Part shown: in pieces, positions 47,285-58,079 of the stretch
Layout: each line of letters begins with the position of its first letter
Numbering within the stretch: position 1 is the first letter of the stretch
Assembly (NCBI GenBank): GCA_041740355.1
Contig: JBGSMD010000063.1
Coordinates: 96,001-160,000, forward strand
Origin: Bdellovibrionota bacterium
GTDB taxonomy: Bacteria > Bdellovibrionota_C > UBA2361 > CALJRW01
DNA length: 64,000 nucleotides
Reading direction: 5' to 3'
The notes under the pieces: model-generated
What the model saw: the letters and a program-made list of their open reading frames with translations, nothing else
What the model was told of the DNA's origin: nothing
Database searches by the model: none
Made by a program: the position numbers and the translations under genes

Positions 47285-48370
47285 TTATTTTTTAGGTTTA
47301 ATTCGATCGCCGGCTTGTCTGATTCCCAGACCAACCGCAACAGTAAATAGTGGTGCTAATTCAGCCAAGGAGGATTCATCAATATCCAGATTTATCTCCA
47401 TGACACGAAAGGGATCAAACAAATAAACATCAGTTCCCGAAACACTCTCTAATGCCTGTTTAAATCCACTTATTAAACTACCACCGCCAGTTAAAAATAT
47501 TTGATTGATCTTGCTTTCTGCACCCGAAGATCCCCAGAATAAATTTAATTGTCGAGAGAAGTCTTTAGCTAAAGTGGAAACTTTCGCTGAAAGAAATTCA
47601 ACTATTTGCTTCTGTAAAGCTGGATCCTCAATGCTACGATAGTCAAATTTATATTTTTCAGCATCAAACTTTTCTAGTTCAAAACGATTAACGAGTTCAT
47701 CTGTTATCTCTTGTCCACCAATTGAAACATCTCCCGCATATAAGATCTCATCATTTTGACGCAGGATAATATTAGAGAAACGACTACCCACATCGATAAT
47801 TGCAATTAATTCTTGTTTAAGTTCTGGATAGTTTAGTTCAAAAGCATTGTTAATAGCATAGTAATCAATATCAATAACTGCCGTATCAACACCGGCTCCC
47901 TCTAAAGACATTAAATAACTATCAACTACTTCATTCTTAACTGCGACAACTAGCACGTCATAAGAATTTTCTTGAGAAGTATCAAGGATATGATAATCAA
48001 TCATTACATCTTTAATACTACCAGGCAAAATACTAGCGGCCTCTAACATAATCTGCTCTCTTAAAGCTGTAGCTTTAGTTTTAGGAATTCTGATTTTTTT
48101 CATTAGGGCTGCTGGACCTGGAACACAAATATTTGCCCGTAATTTTTTTAATTCATTATCTTTATATAAGGAGCGAATTGCCTCGGAAACAATTTCTTTT
48201 TGAACGATAATGTTATTACTAAAGACGTTATCATTAAAATTTACGATGGAAAGTTTCGTTAAATGGGGCTTAGAGCCACTCACGTCAATTTCTAACATCT
48301 TAATATTCCCGGAACCAATATCCAATGCGACTAATTGTTCTTTGGGGACTAATAAATCTTTAATACTCAT
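47285..48370 (-). CDS. pilM: Type IV pilus actin-like protein PilM
   Basis: VALDIGSGNIK, IIDVGS, LTGGGS and VAVGLGIR. Confidence 0.93.
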   Translation of the reverse strand: MSIKDLLVPKEQLVALDIGSGNIKMLEIDVSGSKPHLTKLSIVNFNDNVFSNNIIVQKEIVSEAIRSLYKDNELKKLRANICVPGPAALMKKIRIPKTKATALREQIMLEAASILPGSIKDVMIDYHILDTSQENSYDVLVVAVKNEVVDSYLMSLEGAGVDTAVIDIDYYAINNAFELNYPELKQELIAIIDVGSRFSNIILRQNDEILYAGDVSIGGQEITDELVNRFELEKFDAEKYKFDYRSIEDPALQKQIVEFLSAKVSTLAKDFSRQLNLFWGSSGAESKINQIFLTGGGSLISGFKQALESVSGTDVYLFDPFRVMEINLDIDESSLAELAPLFTVAVGLGIRQAGDRIKPKK

Positions 48371-49023
48371 GAAATTAATATTTTAATAATTTAAAACTAA
48401 TAGATTTTAAGTTTTATAGTAATGATAAAAAATAATTTACCTAAGTAAATTAAATGCAGTCATTATGGCTAATCTAATCTTGAATTTCTCCCTTCGCCAA
48501 TGGAGAACAAATATCCAAGTTTACTTCGCTATAACAACATCAATCGTGAGTCCGAGCAAAAGCCTTAGTTTTTAAAGTGATTTTGTGGACTCAATCTAAT
48601 ATCGCCAGTTATTTTTAAATCTTTAATAATTGGCAAGCAGTGCTTTAATCTCAATTAAACTACCGACTAATAGTTAGACCTTAATGACTAGCTAATCAGT
48701 AAATTCAATATGTTATCAATCAAAAGCTAATTTTTACAGACAAATTTAGCGATGGATTTACGGCACTACACTTTCAGTATGATTCTAATCTGTTATAATT
48801 AGTTGCAACAGTTAATAAATTCATATTTCAGAAAATAAGACACTTGGAGATTTGGCTCTTAAAGCTTATTGATGGAACTGCTTTTACTAGAAATATTTTT
48901 TCTAGATTGACTTCTGTGGTATCAATCGTTAGCTAGATTGTTTTAACAATAATCACTTAATAATAAATTTAAAGAATTCTAATCCCAGAGCGACAAGCAT
49001 TTCCTGTAAAACATAGTTTTAAT

Positions 49024-51246
49024 ATGCAAATAGTTAAGATCGCCATTTATCCCTTCGAAGCACCATTTTCCTATCAGGTATCAGCAGAACTTGCCGAGAC
49101 GCTCAGTGTCGGTTCTAGGTTAAATGTAAACTTTCGAGGAAAATTGAAAGAAGGAATTATCCTAGAAACGAACTGTGCTTTGGATCCGACTGCTAATTAT
49201 AAATTAAAAATCATTCCGGACGAAACCCCAAGTCACCAATGCTTAAATCCGGAACAGTTTAAATTCCTTTCTTGGATGACAAACTACTACCAAGAAAGTC
49301 TAACTCGAATCCTACCCCAAATCATTCCTAGTTATTCAGCAGCAACAATTAAATCATTTGTAGAAATCATTGATCGCAAAACTACTATCAAAGGAAAGAC
49401 TCAAATTAAAATCGTAGACTTTCTTAAAGCGCAAACAGCAGCAATAAAGAAAGAAGACTTAATAAAGTTATTTCCAACTGCACGTCCAGCATTAAAAAAA
49501 TTACTTGAGAATAAAATTATTAAGATCAGCCACGAAAAACAAAAGGTAATTTTTGATGGTGGCAAATATGCTAAAGAATATCCCAGTAAAGTAATTGAAT
49601 TAAATGCCGATCAAACTAAGGCATTTGAGGCTATTAATGCCTCTCTGACTGCTAGCACTTTCCAGGCTTTTCTCTTATTTGGGGTGACCGGGAGTGGGAA
49701 AACAGAAGTCTATTTAGATCTCTGTGAAGAAGCTTTAGCTCAAAATAAAGGGGTGATGTTACTAGTTCCTGAGATAGCATTGACTCCCCAACTAATTGAT
49801 CGTTTTGCGAGCAGATTAAAAACTAACTTTGCAGTCTTACATAGCGATCTGGGATCTAAGAATCGTTGGCATGCCTGGCAAAGTTTATTGGAGGGGGAAA
49901 TTCAAGTCGTCATTGGAGTGCGCTCGGCAGTTTTTGCTCCTGTTCCAAATTTAGGTTTAGTAATTGTTGACGAAGAGCATGATGGCTCTTACAAGCAGTC
50001 AGATAACTTTCGTTATCACGGGCGTGATCTGGCAGTAAAGCGTGCCCAACTTTGCAACTGCCCAGTAGTTTTAGGATCCGCTACTCCGACTCTGGAATCT
50101 ATTTACAATTTTAAACTTGATAAATATCAGGTTCTTAAACTTCGTAAAAAGCATAGCTCGGCTAGAGAAAATCAAATTAAGATTATTGATCTTAGTAAAT
50201 TAAAAAAGAAAGATTTTGCTTCAGCAAATATTTCCAAACAGTTAGCGGAAGAAATTGCCTATAACTTAAAAAATAATCAGCAAAGTTTTATTCTTTATAA
50301 TCGCCGTGGCTTTGCCTCCTATCTCGAATGTGAATCTTGCAACGAATCACTGAAATGTCCCCACTGTGATTTAACCTTAACTTACTATCAACATAAGACA
50401 CTCTTACTTTGTCATGCCTGTGGCTACCAAAGTCCGATTCCTGACCGCTGCCTGGCATGTAAGAAAACGAAATCAATCCTAGAGCACCCGCTATCTGGCT
50501 GGAGACTTCGAGGGTCGGGAACTGAAAAAATTGATCAAGAACTTTCCGATCTTTTCCCTAATGCACAAATTGCTCGGCTTGATCGCGATTTAGTTAAATC
50601 TTCCAGTGAATACCGAACAATTCTGACAAAAGCCCGCGAGAATAAGATTGATATCCTTATTGGAACTCAAATGATTGCCAAAGGACACGATCTACCAAAT
50701 GTTACATTAGTCGGAGTGATAGATTGTGATGTTGGTTTAAACTTCCCCGACTTTCGAGCCAGTGAGCGAGTCTTTCAATTACTGACTCAGGTAGCAGGTC
50801 GTGCGGGACGAGGAGACCTCCCCGGAAAAGTTTTTTTTCAAACGCGACAACCCTCTCATCCTAGCATTCTCTATGCCAAGAATGATGATTACTTAGGATT
50901 TGTAAATAATGAACTCCAAATCAGAAAAACTTTGAGCTATCCACCTTTCTGTAAGATTTTACGAATTGTAATTAGCTCTGAAGATGAGGCTTCCATCCCA
51001 AAATATCTACAACAACTTCAACCCCGACTGATAAAGTTAATCGAGTCTCACAAAATGCAACTTAGCCTTCTGGGACCAGTAACCGCACCAATCGCCAAGG
51101 TTAGGAAACATTATCGCTGGCATTACCTTTGTAAATCCTCCAATATTTCCCAACTCCAATTAATTATGAGGTTTTTTCAAAATGAAAAAACTACTAACAA
51201 AAAGATTCGGATTAGTTTAGATTTAGATCCACAAGATTTGCTATAA
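49024..51246 (+). CDS. priA: Primosomal protein N'
   Basis: GVTGSGKTEVY, VPEIALTPQ, DEEHD, NRRG, four CxxC motifs, GTQMIAKG and QVAGRAGRG. Confidence 0.97.
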   Translation: MQIVKIAIYPFEAPFSYQVSAELAETLSVGSRLNVNFRGKLKEGIILETNCALDPTANYKLKIIPDETPSHQCLNPEQFKFLSWMTNYYQESLTRILPQIIPSYSAATIKSFVEIIDRKTTIKGKTQIKIVDFLKAQTAAIKKEDLIKLFPTARPALKKLLENKIIKISHEKQKVIFDGGKYAKEYPSKVIELNADQTKAFEAINASLTASTFQAFLLFGVTGSGKTEVYLDLCEEALAQNKGVMLLVPEIALTPQLIDRFASRLKTNFAVLHSDLGSKNRWHAWQSLLEGEIQVVIGVRSAVFAPVPNLGLVIVDEEHDGSYKQSDNFRYHGRDLAVKRAQLCNCPVVLGSATPTLESIYNFKLDKYQVLKLRKKHSSARENQIKIIDLSKLKKKDFASANISKQLAEEIAYNLKNNQQSFILYNRRGFASYLECESCNESLKCPHCDLTLTYYQHKTLLLCHACGYQSPIPDRCLACKKTKSILEHPLSGWRLRGSGTEKIDQELSDLFPNAQIARLDRDLVKSSSEYRTILTKARENKIDILIGTQMIAKGHDLPNVTLVGVIDCDVGLNFPDFRASERVFQLLTQVAGRAGRGDLPGKVFFQTRQPSHPSILYAKNDDYLGFVNNELQIRKTLSYPPFCKILRIVISSEDEASIPKYLQQLQPRLIKLIESHKMQLSLLGPVTAPIAKVRKHYRWHYLCKSSNISQLQLIMRFFQNEKTTNKKIRISLDLDPQDLL

Positions 51247-51258
51247 TAATCAAAGCTC

Positions 51259-51819
51259 ATGATGTATCAATTAATAAAAACTTTTTGCTTGTTACTACTT
51301 TGCGCAAGTAATATTGCTTTAGCAGATCCTCCTTTTCCGCTACCAGATCCAGGTGAATTAAATAAAGTCCGTGGGGCAATCATTAGAACAACTGCCGGTG
51401 ATTTGTATATTCGTCTTTACCCGAAAGATGCTCCCTGGCACGTGGCAAATTTTAAATACTTAGCTGATCGTAATTATTACCGAAATTCACCTTTCCATAT
51501 TTTCCAGAAAGACTACTTAGCTCAAGCAGGAGCAGCAAATTCTGATCCATCAAGTGGGCCAAAATATTCTATCCCTGCTGAATTTAATGAACGCAAACAT
51601 AAGCTTGGCGCTCTCTCCATGGTTCGAAAGCCTGATTTCTTAGATGTTAGTCATAGTCGCAATTCCCACAGCAGCCAATTTAGGATCCTACTAGCTGATG
51701 CTCCTCACATGGATGGACAGTTCACCGTCTTTGGGAAAGTTGTAAAAGGAATAGATCTCTTGTCACAACTTCTTCCTAAAGACCGAATTATAAATATTCA
51801 AGTATTTGTCAGGGAATAG
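51259..51819 (+). CDS. Exported cyclophilin-type peptidyl-prolyl isomerase
   Basis: APWHVANF, HKLGALSM, SQFRI and PHMDGQFTVFGKV. The usual FHR motif reads FHI. Confidence 0.85.
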   Translation: MMYQLIKTFCLLLLCASNIALADPPFPLPDPGELNKVRGAIIRTTAGDLYIRLYPKDAPWHVANFKYLADRNYYRNSPFHIFQKDYLAQAGAANSDPSSGPKYSIPAEFNERKHKLGALSMVRKPDFLDVSHSRNSHSSQFRILLADAPHMDGQFTVFGKVVKGIDLLSQLLPKDRIINIQVFVRE

Positions 51820-51848
51820 TAAAATTTAGCTACCTGTCACCTAATCTG

Positions 51849-53390
51849 CTAGTGCTTAACGATAAACAAAGACTTCATTACAACTTCCTGACCCGGCATT
51901 TCATAATCTAAGTCTCTAATTGGTGAAGCTTCAATCCTTAATCCGGTAAGTTTTAAATTATAAATTTCTTCTTGAAACTTACGGTCATCCCATTTTTCCA
52001 AATTAAGTGAAAACAAGATTCTACCTTTAGGAGCAAGAATTAAATAAAGTTCCTTAGCCAGATCTTTGAAATCTCGATCTAACTTAAAAACGCCCTGTTT
52101 GTTCCTTGCAAATGAAGGGGGGTCACAGATAATTAAATCAAACAGTCGATCTTTCTTTTTGGCACCAGCAATAAAATAACGGGCATCTGCTGCCCAGAAC
52201 TCATATTTCTCCGGTTCTAAATTATTCGCCTTGAAATTTTCTTTCCCCCAATCAAGTGTTGCTTTACTGGTATCAACACTAACTACCTCACTCGCACCGC
52301 CTAGTGCGGCACAGACACTAAAGCCAGCTGTATAACAAAAAAGATTTAATACTTTTTTGTTTTGACTATTCCTTTGAACCCAAGCTCGATTCTGTCGTTG
52401 GTCTAAGAATAACCCCGGAGAATTACCTTGTTCTTTCTTAAAAACATAGTTCACTCCATTCTCTTTTCCTATCCACTCAGCGACGTCAATTGTTGATAAG
52501 TTGTGCTGCGCCACCGGAACTTGTCCCCTATTCTCCATCAGCTGAACTTTCCAACCTTTAACATTCACAACTTCTGCTAATTTTTTAATTCTAAGTAAAT
52601 CTTTTTCTGCTGGTAATTGCTCATCAAACCAATAGCACCACAGATATTCCCCTAGTAAGTCAGCTGACATTCCCCAACCCTGATTATGAATCAATCTAAT
52701 TGTATTAGTGCTATCTAACTTCCAATCGAACAGTCTTTGGCGTCTATCTAACGAAGAAAAATATTGGGCCAAAGTTAGATCGCCAAGAATCTCAGTGGAG
52801 TTAAAAGATTCTGGTAATACCGACTGATGACCAATTAATTGACCTTGATACTTAAAAGACAACTCTGCCGAATGAAGCATCAATCGGGGAAAGTTTGTTC
52901 CCCCGTGTTCAGAGTCCCCTAAAATTGCTATCCCTAAATCCTTAGCATGAAGTCGAATTTGGTGTGTCTTTCCCGATTCGGGATAAGCCTCCCAGACGGT
53001 AAACTTTCCTAATTCGCAATGCTTTTTAAATTTAGTTTTGGAATTAGGCTTAAGCGATTTCTGAGATAGAAAACTATTACCTTTTTTGATAATCTCAGAT
53101 TCAATTTGCAACTCATTTAAATTTGGAGATTTTTGATCGGTAACAAATAAATACTTTTTTTGAACTTGATGCTTTTCAAATAATTCGGCAACAGCCGCCG
53201 CTACTTCTTTTGATTTAGCAAATAAGATTACTCCAGAAGTTTCCTTATCTAAACGATGACAAACAAAAAGTTTAGTATTTAACTTAATCGACAGATACTC
53301 TACAAATCCAAGAATCTTTGAATCGGGACTATGCGTAGAAATTCCCGTTGGCTTGTCAGCAAATACAAATGCTTCTTCTAGTCCACTCAT
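51849..53390 (-). CDS. RluA-family pseudouridine synthase fused to RlmI/RlmK-type SAM methyltransferase
   Basis: N-terminus: DKPTG, HRLDKETSG, GKTHQIRLH, ILGD, LMLH. C-terminus: GLFLDQRQNR, VLNLFCYTAGFS, IICDPPSF. Confidence 0.92.
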   Translation of the reverse strand: MSGLEEAFVFADKPTGISTHSPDSKILGFVEYLSIKLNTKLFVCHRLDKETSGVILFAKSKEVAAAVAELFEKHQVQKKYLFVTDQKSPNLNELQIESEIIKKGNSFLSQKSLKPNSKTKFKKHCELGKFTVWEAYPESGKTHQIRLHAKDLGIAILGDSEHGGTNFPRLMLHSAELSFKYQGQLIGHQSVLPESFNSTEILGDLTLAQYFSSLDRRQRLFDWKLDSTNTIRLIHNQGWGMSADLLGEYLWCYWFDEQLPAEKDLLRIKKLAEVVNVKGWKVQLMENRGQVPVAQHNLSTIDVAEWIGKENGVNYVFKKEQGNSPGLFLDQRQNRAWVQRNSQNKKVLNLFCYTAGFSVCAALGGASEVVSVDTSKATLDWGKENFKANNLEPEKYEFWAADARYFIAGAKKKDRLFDLIICDPPSFARNKQGVFKLDRDFKDLAKELYLILAPKGRILFSLNLEKWDDRKFQEEIYNLKLTGLRIEASPIRDLDYEMPGQEVVMKSLFIVKH

Positions 53391-54496
53391 TTGTTATTTA
53401 ATATTCTAGAATATAAACTTTGATAATTCTTAATCATAGTTTCTGCTGTAAACTTATTTTGAAAATCCTGTTTAGCTTGATTTCCAAGTTTCGTTTGTAA
53501 TTCAATATTTCCTGCTAATAAAATAATCTTCTCCGCTAGTTCTTGGATATTTCCGGAATCAACTAGGAAACCATTGTGGTTATTAGTGATCACTTCAGGT
53601 GCCCCGCCAACATTGGTGACAATTGCTGGCAAGCCCTGACTCATAGCTTCTAATAATGCTAAGGAATGTGCTTCGGAAAGTGAGGGCTGAACAATAAAAC
53701 TAAAGTTCGACCAGTATCGCCCAACATCCCGAAGCTCTCCTAGTAAGCAAACATTATGCGATAAGGAATACTTCGCAATTAATTCCTGTAACTTCGACTT
53801 CTGTTCTCCGTCTCCAATGAAAAAGGCATAAACCTTGGGATTAGACTTAACTACTAAGTTCATCGCCTCCATCAATAGTATTGGGTTTTTTACCGCGCGA
53901 AATGTGCCTAAGTATACAATTAACTGGGAGTCGACTGGCAGTTCAAGTTGTTGATACAAGTTTATTGGATCACCTACTTCTGGTGTCTTTATTCCATTAT
54001 AAATTACTGAAATTTCCCCGGAATATTTTTCCTTATCCTTTAGGGCTAGTGCTGAGAAATCACAGACAGCAGTTACCGCCTCAGTTTGCTTCCATAGCAA
54101 CTGATTAACTATTTGCCGCTTTCTAGAAACAACGTCAGGAAAATGCCGTCCATGTTCCGTAAAGATTAACTTTGCAAATGATACACGACATAATTTACAA
54201 ATAGCTGCAAAAAAGAAGGGCGTATACTGATGCGCATGAACAATCTCTGGCTTAAAACTTTTAATAATTTTAAAAAACTCTAGGAAATTTCTTAGCTTCC
54301 AACCAGGAACCCGATTGATTGTATAAATCGGAATGCCTGTTTGCGCTAACTCTTCACCAATCTTACCAATAGAATCAAGTGCTAGAATTGCGACTTCGTA
54401 TTTACCAGAAAAATGTTTAGCTAAATTAGCTACTAAAATTTCAGTTCCACCAACATTTAAACTATGAACTATGTAAAGCAATTTAGACATAATCAA
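53387..54496 (-). CDS. GT4 glycosyltransferase
   Basis: LNVGGTE, FTEHG, IYNGI and PSLSEAHSLALLEAMSQGLPAIVTNVGG. Confidence 0.92.
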   Translation of the reverse strand: MIMSKLLYIVHSLNVGGTEILVANLAKHFSGKYEVAILALDSIGKIGEELAQTGIPIYTINRVPGWKLRNFLEFFKIIKSFKPEIVHAHQYTPFFFAAICKLCRVSFAKLIFTEHGRHFPDVVSRKRQIVNQLLWKQTEAVTAVCDFSALALKDKEKYSGEISVIYNGIKTPEVGDPINLYQQLELPVDSQLIVYLGTFRAVKNPILLMEAMNLVVKSNPKVYAFFIGDGEQKSKLQELIAKYSLSHNVCLLGELRDVGRYWSNFSFIVQPSLSEAHSLALLEAMSQGLPAIVTNVGGAPEVITNNHNGFLVDSGNIQELAEKIILLAGNIELQTKLGNQAKQDFQNKFTAETMIKNYQSLYSRILNNK

Positions 54497-54498
54497 TT

Positions 54499-56304
54499 CT
54501 ATAGGTTTTGTAGCTTACAATACTGGGCAAACCTTTCGCCTTTAGCAGTTAACTCTTCAAATGTTCCCACTTCTTGAATTCTTCCCTCTTCCAGAAAAAC
54601 AATTTGGTCAGCGTTTCTGATTGTTACCAAGCGGTGAGCAATAATTATCACTGTTCTATCTGGCAGAATTGATTTCATAGCCAACTCTAAATTTCGCTCA
54701 GTTTCAGCATCAAGCGCACTTGTTGGTTCATCCAAAATAAGAATGTCAGGATTGGCAATAATAGCGCGAGCGATACAAAGTCTTTGGATTTCTCCACCAG
54801 AAAAATATGCTCCCTGCGTACCAACTTGGGAATCTAAACCCATGGGTAATTTAGCAATTAAGTCTTTTAGTTGCGCTTGTTCTAGTGACTTATTAAGTAA
54901 TTCATTACTCACCTCGCCCAAACCATAAGTAATATTGCCTCTAATCGTATCGTTAAATAACATTGCCTGCTGGCTAACAATTGCGATTTTTTTGCGATAG
55001 GTAGCTAATTGGAATTCCTTGATATCAATTCCATCAATCTGAATCCTGCCTGCTTGAGGATCATAAAAACGAGGGATCAAGTTCACTAAAGAAGTTTTAC
55101 CAGCTCCACTTGGACCAACAATTGCAGTGATTTTATTAGCTGGGATAAATAAATTGATGTCCCGAACAATCTGAGTTTGTGTGTCATAGGAAAAATCAAC
55201 TTTCTCAAATTGAATCCCAGCTTTCATAGTTGAGTATCTTTTATTTCCATCAATTATTGGATTAGGTTCTTGATAGTCTAAATAGTCGACGACTTTTTTT
55301 AGCATTGGCATCTCGGCAACTGACTGCACGTAAGTCCCGGAGAGCTGTTGAATATTACTGACAAAACGTCTTAGGCTTACAAAGAAAACTAAAAGTCTAC
55401 CAATTGAGAAACTGGAAAAAGACAAGAAAACAAAAATACTAGCAGTAACCACTAAGAGCGTTCCTGCCGCATTAAAAACATCAACTATCGCTGGCACATA
55501 ATAGCCTCGTAACTTAACATTTGCTAAATTCTTGGAAAGTGAATTGGCATTCTTAGTAAACTTCTTAATTTCATTTCCCTGATTACAGGTTAACTGTACC
55601 AGGCCAATATTCCTAAAAACGTCATCAACTTGATTATTGATATCTAGTAAATTCTGCTCAGCATTCTGCGCTGAAATTTCTATTTTCTTGATAAAGAAAT
55701 TAGTAATTAAGTGAATTGCTGGCAAAAGCAACAAGGCAATCAACGTTAACTGCCAAGAAATCATAAACATTAAAAACAGAAAAATTACCGAGAAAAACAA
55801 TTGGGTAATAATATTGGTGACATTATTATTCGTCCTTGAAACTGACCCTAGGAAGTTGGTTAATACCGTATTAATCTCGACTGCTTTTTGTTCCGCAAAA
55901 AATGAGCGCTTAATATTGATATACTTTTCAAAGATTTGCGTTCTTAGTTGAGAATTGAACTCTTTTTCAATCAAAATTGAAAAATAACGCCCTAAAAGCA
56001 ATGTAATATTTTCCAGCACTACCGCCACAAAGATAATCGCTACCATTAATAAGAAAATATTATGGTTAGTTGGGGCAAATGGGAGGTTACGAATGAGTAC
56101 ACCAAGGACTGGGGCCGTCACAATCCCATAAAATTTAGTTTCATCAACTAAAGCGTTTAAAACTGGAATCACAAGTCCTAGTCCGAGCATCTGAAATACT
56201 GAAGCTAGGAGAATAAAGAAAATTCCGCCAACTAACAGACTGCGACTTACTTTTGCTTGTTTAAACAAGCTGAAAAATATGTTAAATAATTGAAAATATG
56301 ACAA
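54499..56304 (-). CDS. MsbA/HetA-like ABC exporter (TMD+NBD)
   Basis: GPSGAGKT, FSGGEIQR, LDEPTSALD and IAHRL. Located in the glycan cluster. Start uncertain. Confidence 0.9.
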   Translation of the reverse strand: MSYFQLFNIFFSLFKQAKVSRSLLVGGIFFILLASVFQMLGLGLVIPVLNALVDETKFYGIVTAPVLGVLIRNLPFAPTNHNIFLLMVAIIFVAVVLENITLLLGRYFSILIEKEFNSQLRTQIFEKYINIKRSFFAEQKAVEINTVLTNFLGSVSRTNNNVTNIITQLFFSVIFLFLMFMISWQLTLIALLLLPAIHLITNFFIKKIEISAQNAEQNLLDINNQVDDVFRNIGLVQLTCNQGNEIKKFTKNANSLSKNLANVKLRGYYVPAIVDVFNAAGTLLVVTASIFVFLSFSSFSIGRLLVFFVSLRRFVSNIQQLSGTYVQSVAEMPMLKKVVDYLDYQEPNPIIDGNKRYSTMKAGIQFEKVDFSYDTQTQIVRDINLFIPANKITAIVGPSGAGKTSLVNLIPRFYDPQAGRIQIDGIDIKEFQLATYRKKIAIVSQQAMLFNDTIRGNITYGLGEVSNELLNKSLEQAQLKDLIAKLPMGLDSQVGTQGAYFSGGEIQRLCIARAIIANPDILILDEPTSALDAETERNLELAMKSILPDRTVIIIAHRLVTIRNADQIVFLEEGRIQEVGTFEELTAKGERFAQYCKLQNL

Positions 56305-56930
56305 ATTTGGCTACCAAAATAAAGACTGAAGCTAGTGCAAATATTAGTATTAATCGGTCTGCTTGTCTAAGGAGTATTTGGAATATCAGCTTAGCTACGC
56401 TCTTGCTAATCCTGTTTAGCCCAGTGATGTTAGCAATTTATCTAATACTTCTTACTACAAAAATTAAAAATCCAATTTTCAAACAAATTAGAGTCGGAAA
56501 AGATGGTCGTCACTTTGTAATTTACAAATTTCAAACGATGTACGATGGTGTAACCAATTCAGGGCCATTTATCTGTGAATCTTATACTGACAATCGTATT
56601 ACCCCGATTGGTCAATATTTAAGACGCAAGAAACTAGATGAAATCCCACAATTATTTAATATCCTTAAGGGTGACATGAATTTTGTTGGGCCCCGACCAG
56701 AAATTCCTCATTTTCACCATGAAAACGTTTTAAAAATACCTAATTGGGCCGATCGTTTACTAGTTAAGCCTGGCATTACTGGTCCAGCGCAAATCCACCC
56801 AAAAGTTTCCCATAACCCAGCAGAAAAGATTATTTTAGATCTAGAATATATTAATAACCGATCCTTCCTGTTAGATCTTAAGATTATTTGGAAAACTGCT
56901 TACTCTTGGCTAACTAGAAAGTCTCTTTAG
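56298..56930 (+). CDS. Priming sugar (phosphoglycosyl) transferase
   Basis: FKQIRVGKDG, YKFQTM, RITPIGQYLRR.KLDEIPQLFNILKGDMNFVGPRPE and KPGITG.AQ. Confidence 0.93.
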   Translation: MTNLATKIKTEASANISINRSACLRSIWNISLATLLLILFSPVMLAIYLILLTTKIKNPIFKQIRVGKDGRHFVIYKFQTMYDGVTNSGPFICESYTDNRITPIGQYLRRKKLDEIPQLFNILKGDMNFVGPRPEIPHFHHENVLKIPNWADRLLVKPGITGPAQIHPKVSHNPAEKIILDLEYINNRSFLLDLKIIWKTAYSWLTRKSL

Positions 56931-58079
56931 TTTAATCTGAATCATAGCTCCTACTACATCTACACTGAATTTTTCTTGTATAAAACTAATCGCATTTCTT
57001 GAAAGCTCTTCTCCTAAGGCAGGATCTGTAAGAAGCTTTTGTATTTGATTAGCAAATTCTTCAGCCGAATCAGCAACTAATAATTCACAATCAATTTTGG
57101 CATTAATTGTCTTAGCTACTTCGGTTGTAACAACAGTGGGAACTCCAAGTGACATCCCTTCTAGTACTTTATTTGGTACTCCAAAGACAGACTTCAGTGG
57201 CACTACCACAATTAATGACTCCGCAACTATATTTTCAATATTAGCGACTTCTCCCGTAAATGTCGTATTTTTTGAGCTATTAATTAATTCTTCAGTAGGA
57301 CTCCGACCTGCTACCTTAAATATAATATTAGGGTTCTTTTTCAAAACTAAAGGCATTACTTCCCGATCAAAGAATTTTACTGCTTCGATATTAGGAGAAT
57401 AATTCATTTGCCCCGTGAAAACTATTTGTGCCTGTTTAAGGATTGGATCTGTGGTTGGCATTCTTTCAATAACCTGAGGTAACACAAAAACTTGATCTAA
57501 GTTTACCTGTTTGGTTTGAAAGCGATCTAATTCTCTTTGGCTTATTATAGAAACCAACTCGGCAAAATCAATAATTTTTTCTTCGGCAGATTTAATTAGC
57601 TTTGCTTCTCTCTGGTAAAGCAATCGTTTCCACCAACTTGCGTCTTTGGCAAACCTTGCCCATTTTAAAGAATCAAAATCTATTAAATCCCAAAATACTT
57701 TAGTCTTATGCTTATGGAAAATCGGAATCAAGTAATCAAAAGCTGATGAAAAAACTACTACGAAGTCATAGTTTGTTGCTGTTAATTTTAGCTGAAGTGC
57801 TTTAACAAAATCTGCGCTTTGAAAGTGCGCGCTACTAAAACTCTTATTAAGTAATAAGTTCTTGATCATCCTTGTAGCTGTACTTAGTTTCTTAATTTTA
57901 AATATTTGATCCTGACCAGGACTGAACTTTTCAAGGACTACTGCTTCCCGTGAATCTAAGCATATTAAATCGATTTCAAATTTTAAGTATTCAAAGATCT
58001 TAATAACCCGGTGAACTCTAATTCGATCTCCTTTATCATCCGGATAAGGATAGTTTGGACTAACTATTAAGATTTTCAT
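56910..58079 (-). CDS. GT4 glycosyltransferase (PEP-CTERM/exosortase-associated sugar transferase-like)
   Basis: PYPDDKGDRIR, DLIDFDSLKW, FTGQMNYSPNIEAV and GVPNKVLEGM. Confidence 0.85.
   Translation of the reverse strand: MKILIVSPNYPYPDDKGDRIRVHRVIKIFEYLKFEIDLICLDSREAVVLEKFSPGQDQIFKIKKLSTATRMIKNLLLNKSFSSAHFQSADFVKALQLKLTATNYDFVVVFSSAFDYLIPIFHKHKTKVFWDLIDFDSLKWARFAKDASWWKRLLYQREAKLIKSAEEKIIDFAELVSIISQRELDRFQTKQVNLDQVFVLPQVIERMPTTDPILKQAQIVFTGQMNYSPNIEAVKFFDREVMPLVLKKNPNIIFKVAGRSPTEELINSSKNTTFTGEVANIENIVAESLIVVVPLKSVFGVPNKVLEGMSLGVPTVVTTEVAKTINAKIDCELLVADSAEEFANQIQKLLTDPALGEELSRNAISFIQEKFSVDVVGAMIQIKLKRLSS

Noticed and set aside
48371-49023. Hidden gene or RNA in the 650-bp pilM-priA gap
   Set aside because: AT-rich, no ORF of 60 aa or more in the track, and no convincing stem or repeat copy seen by eye.
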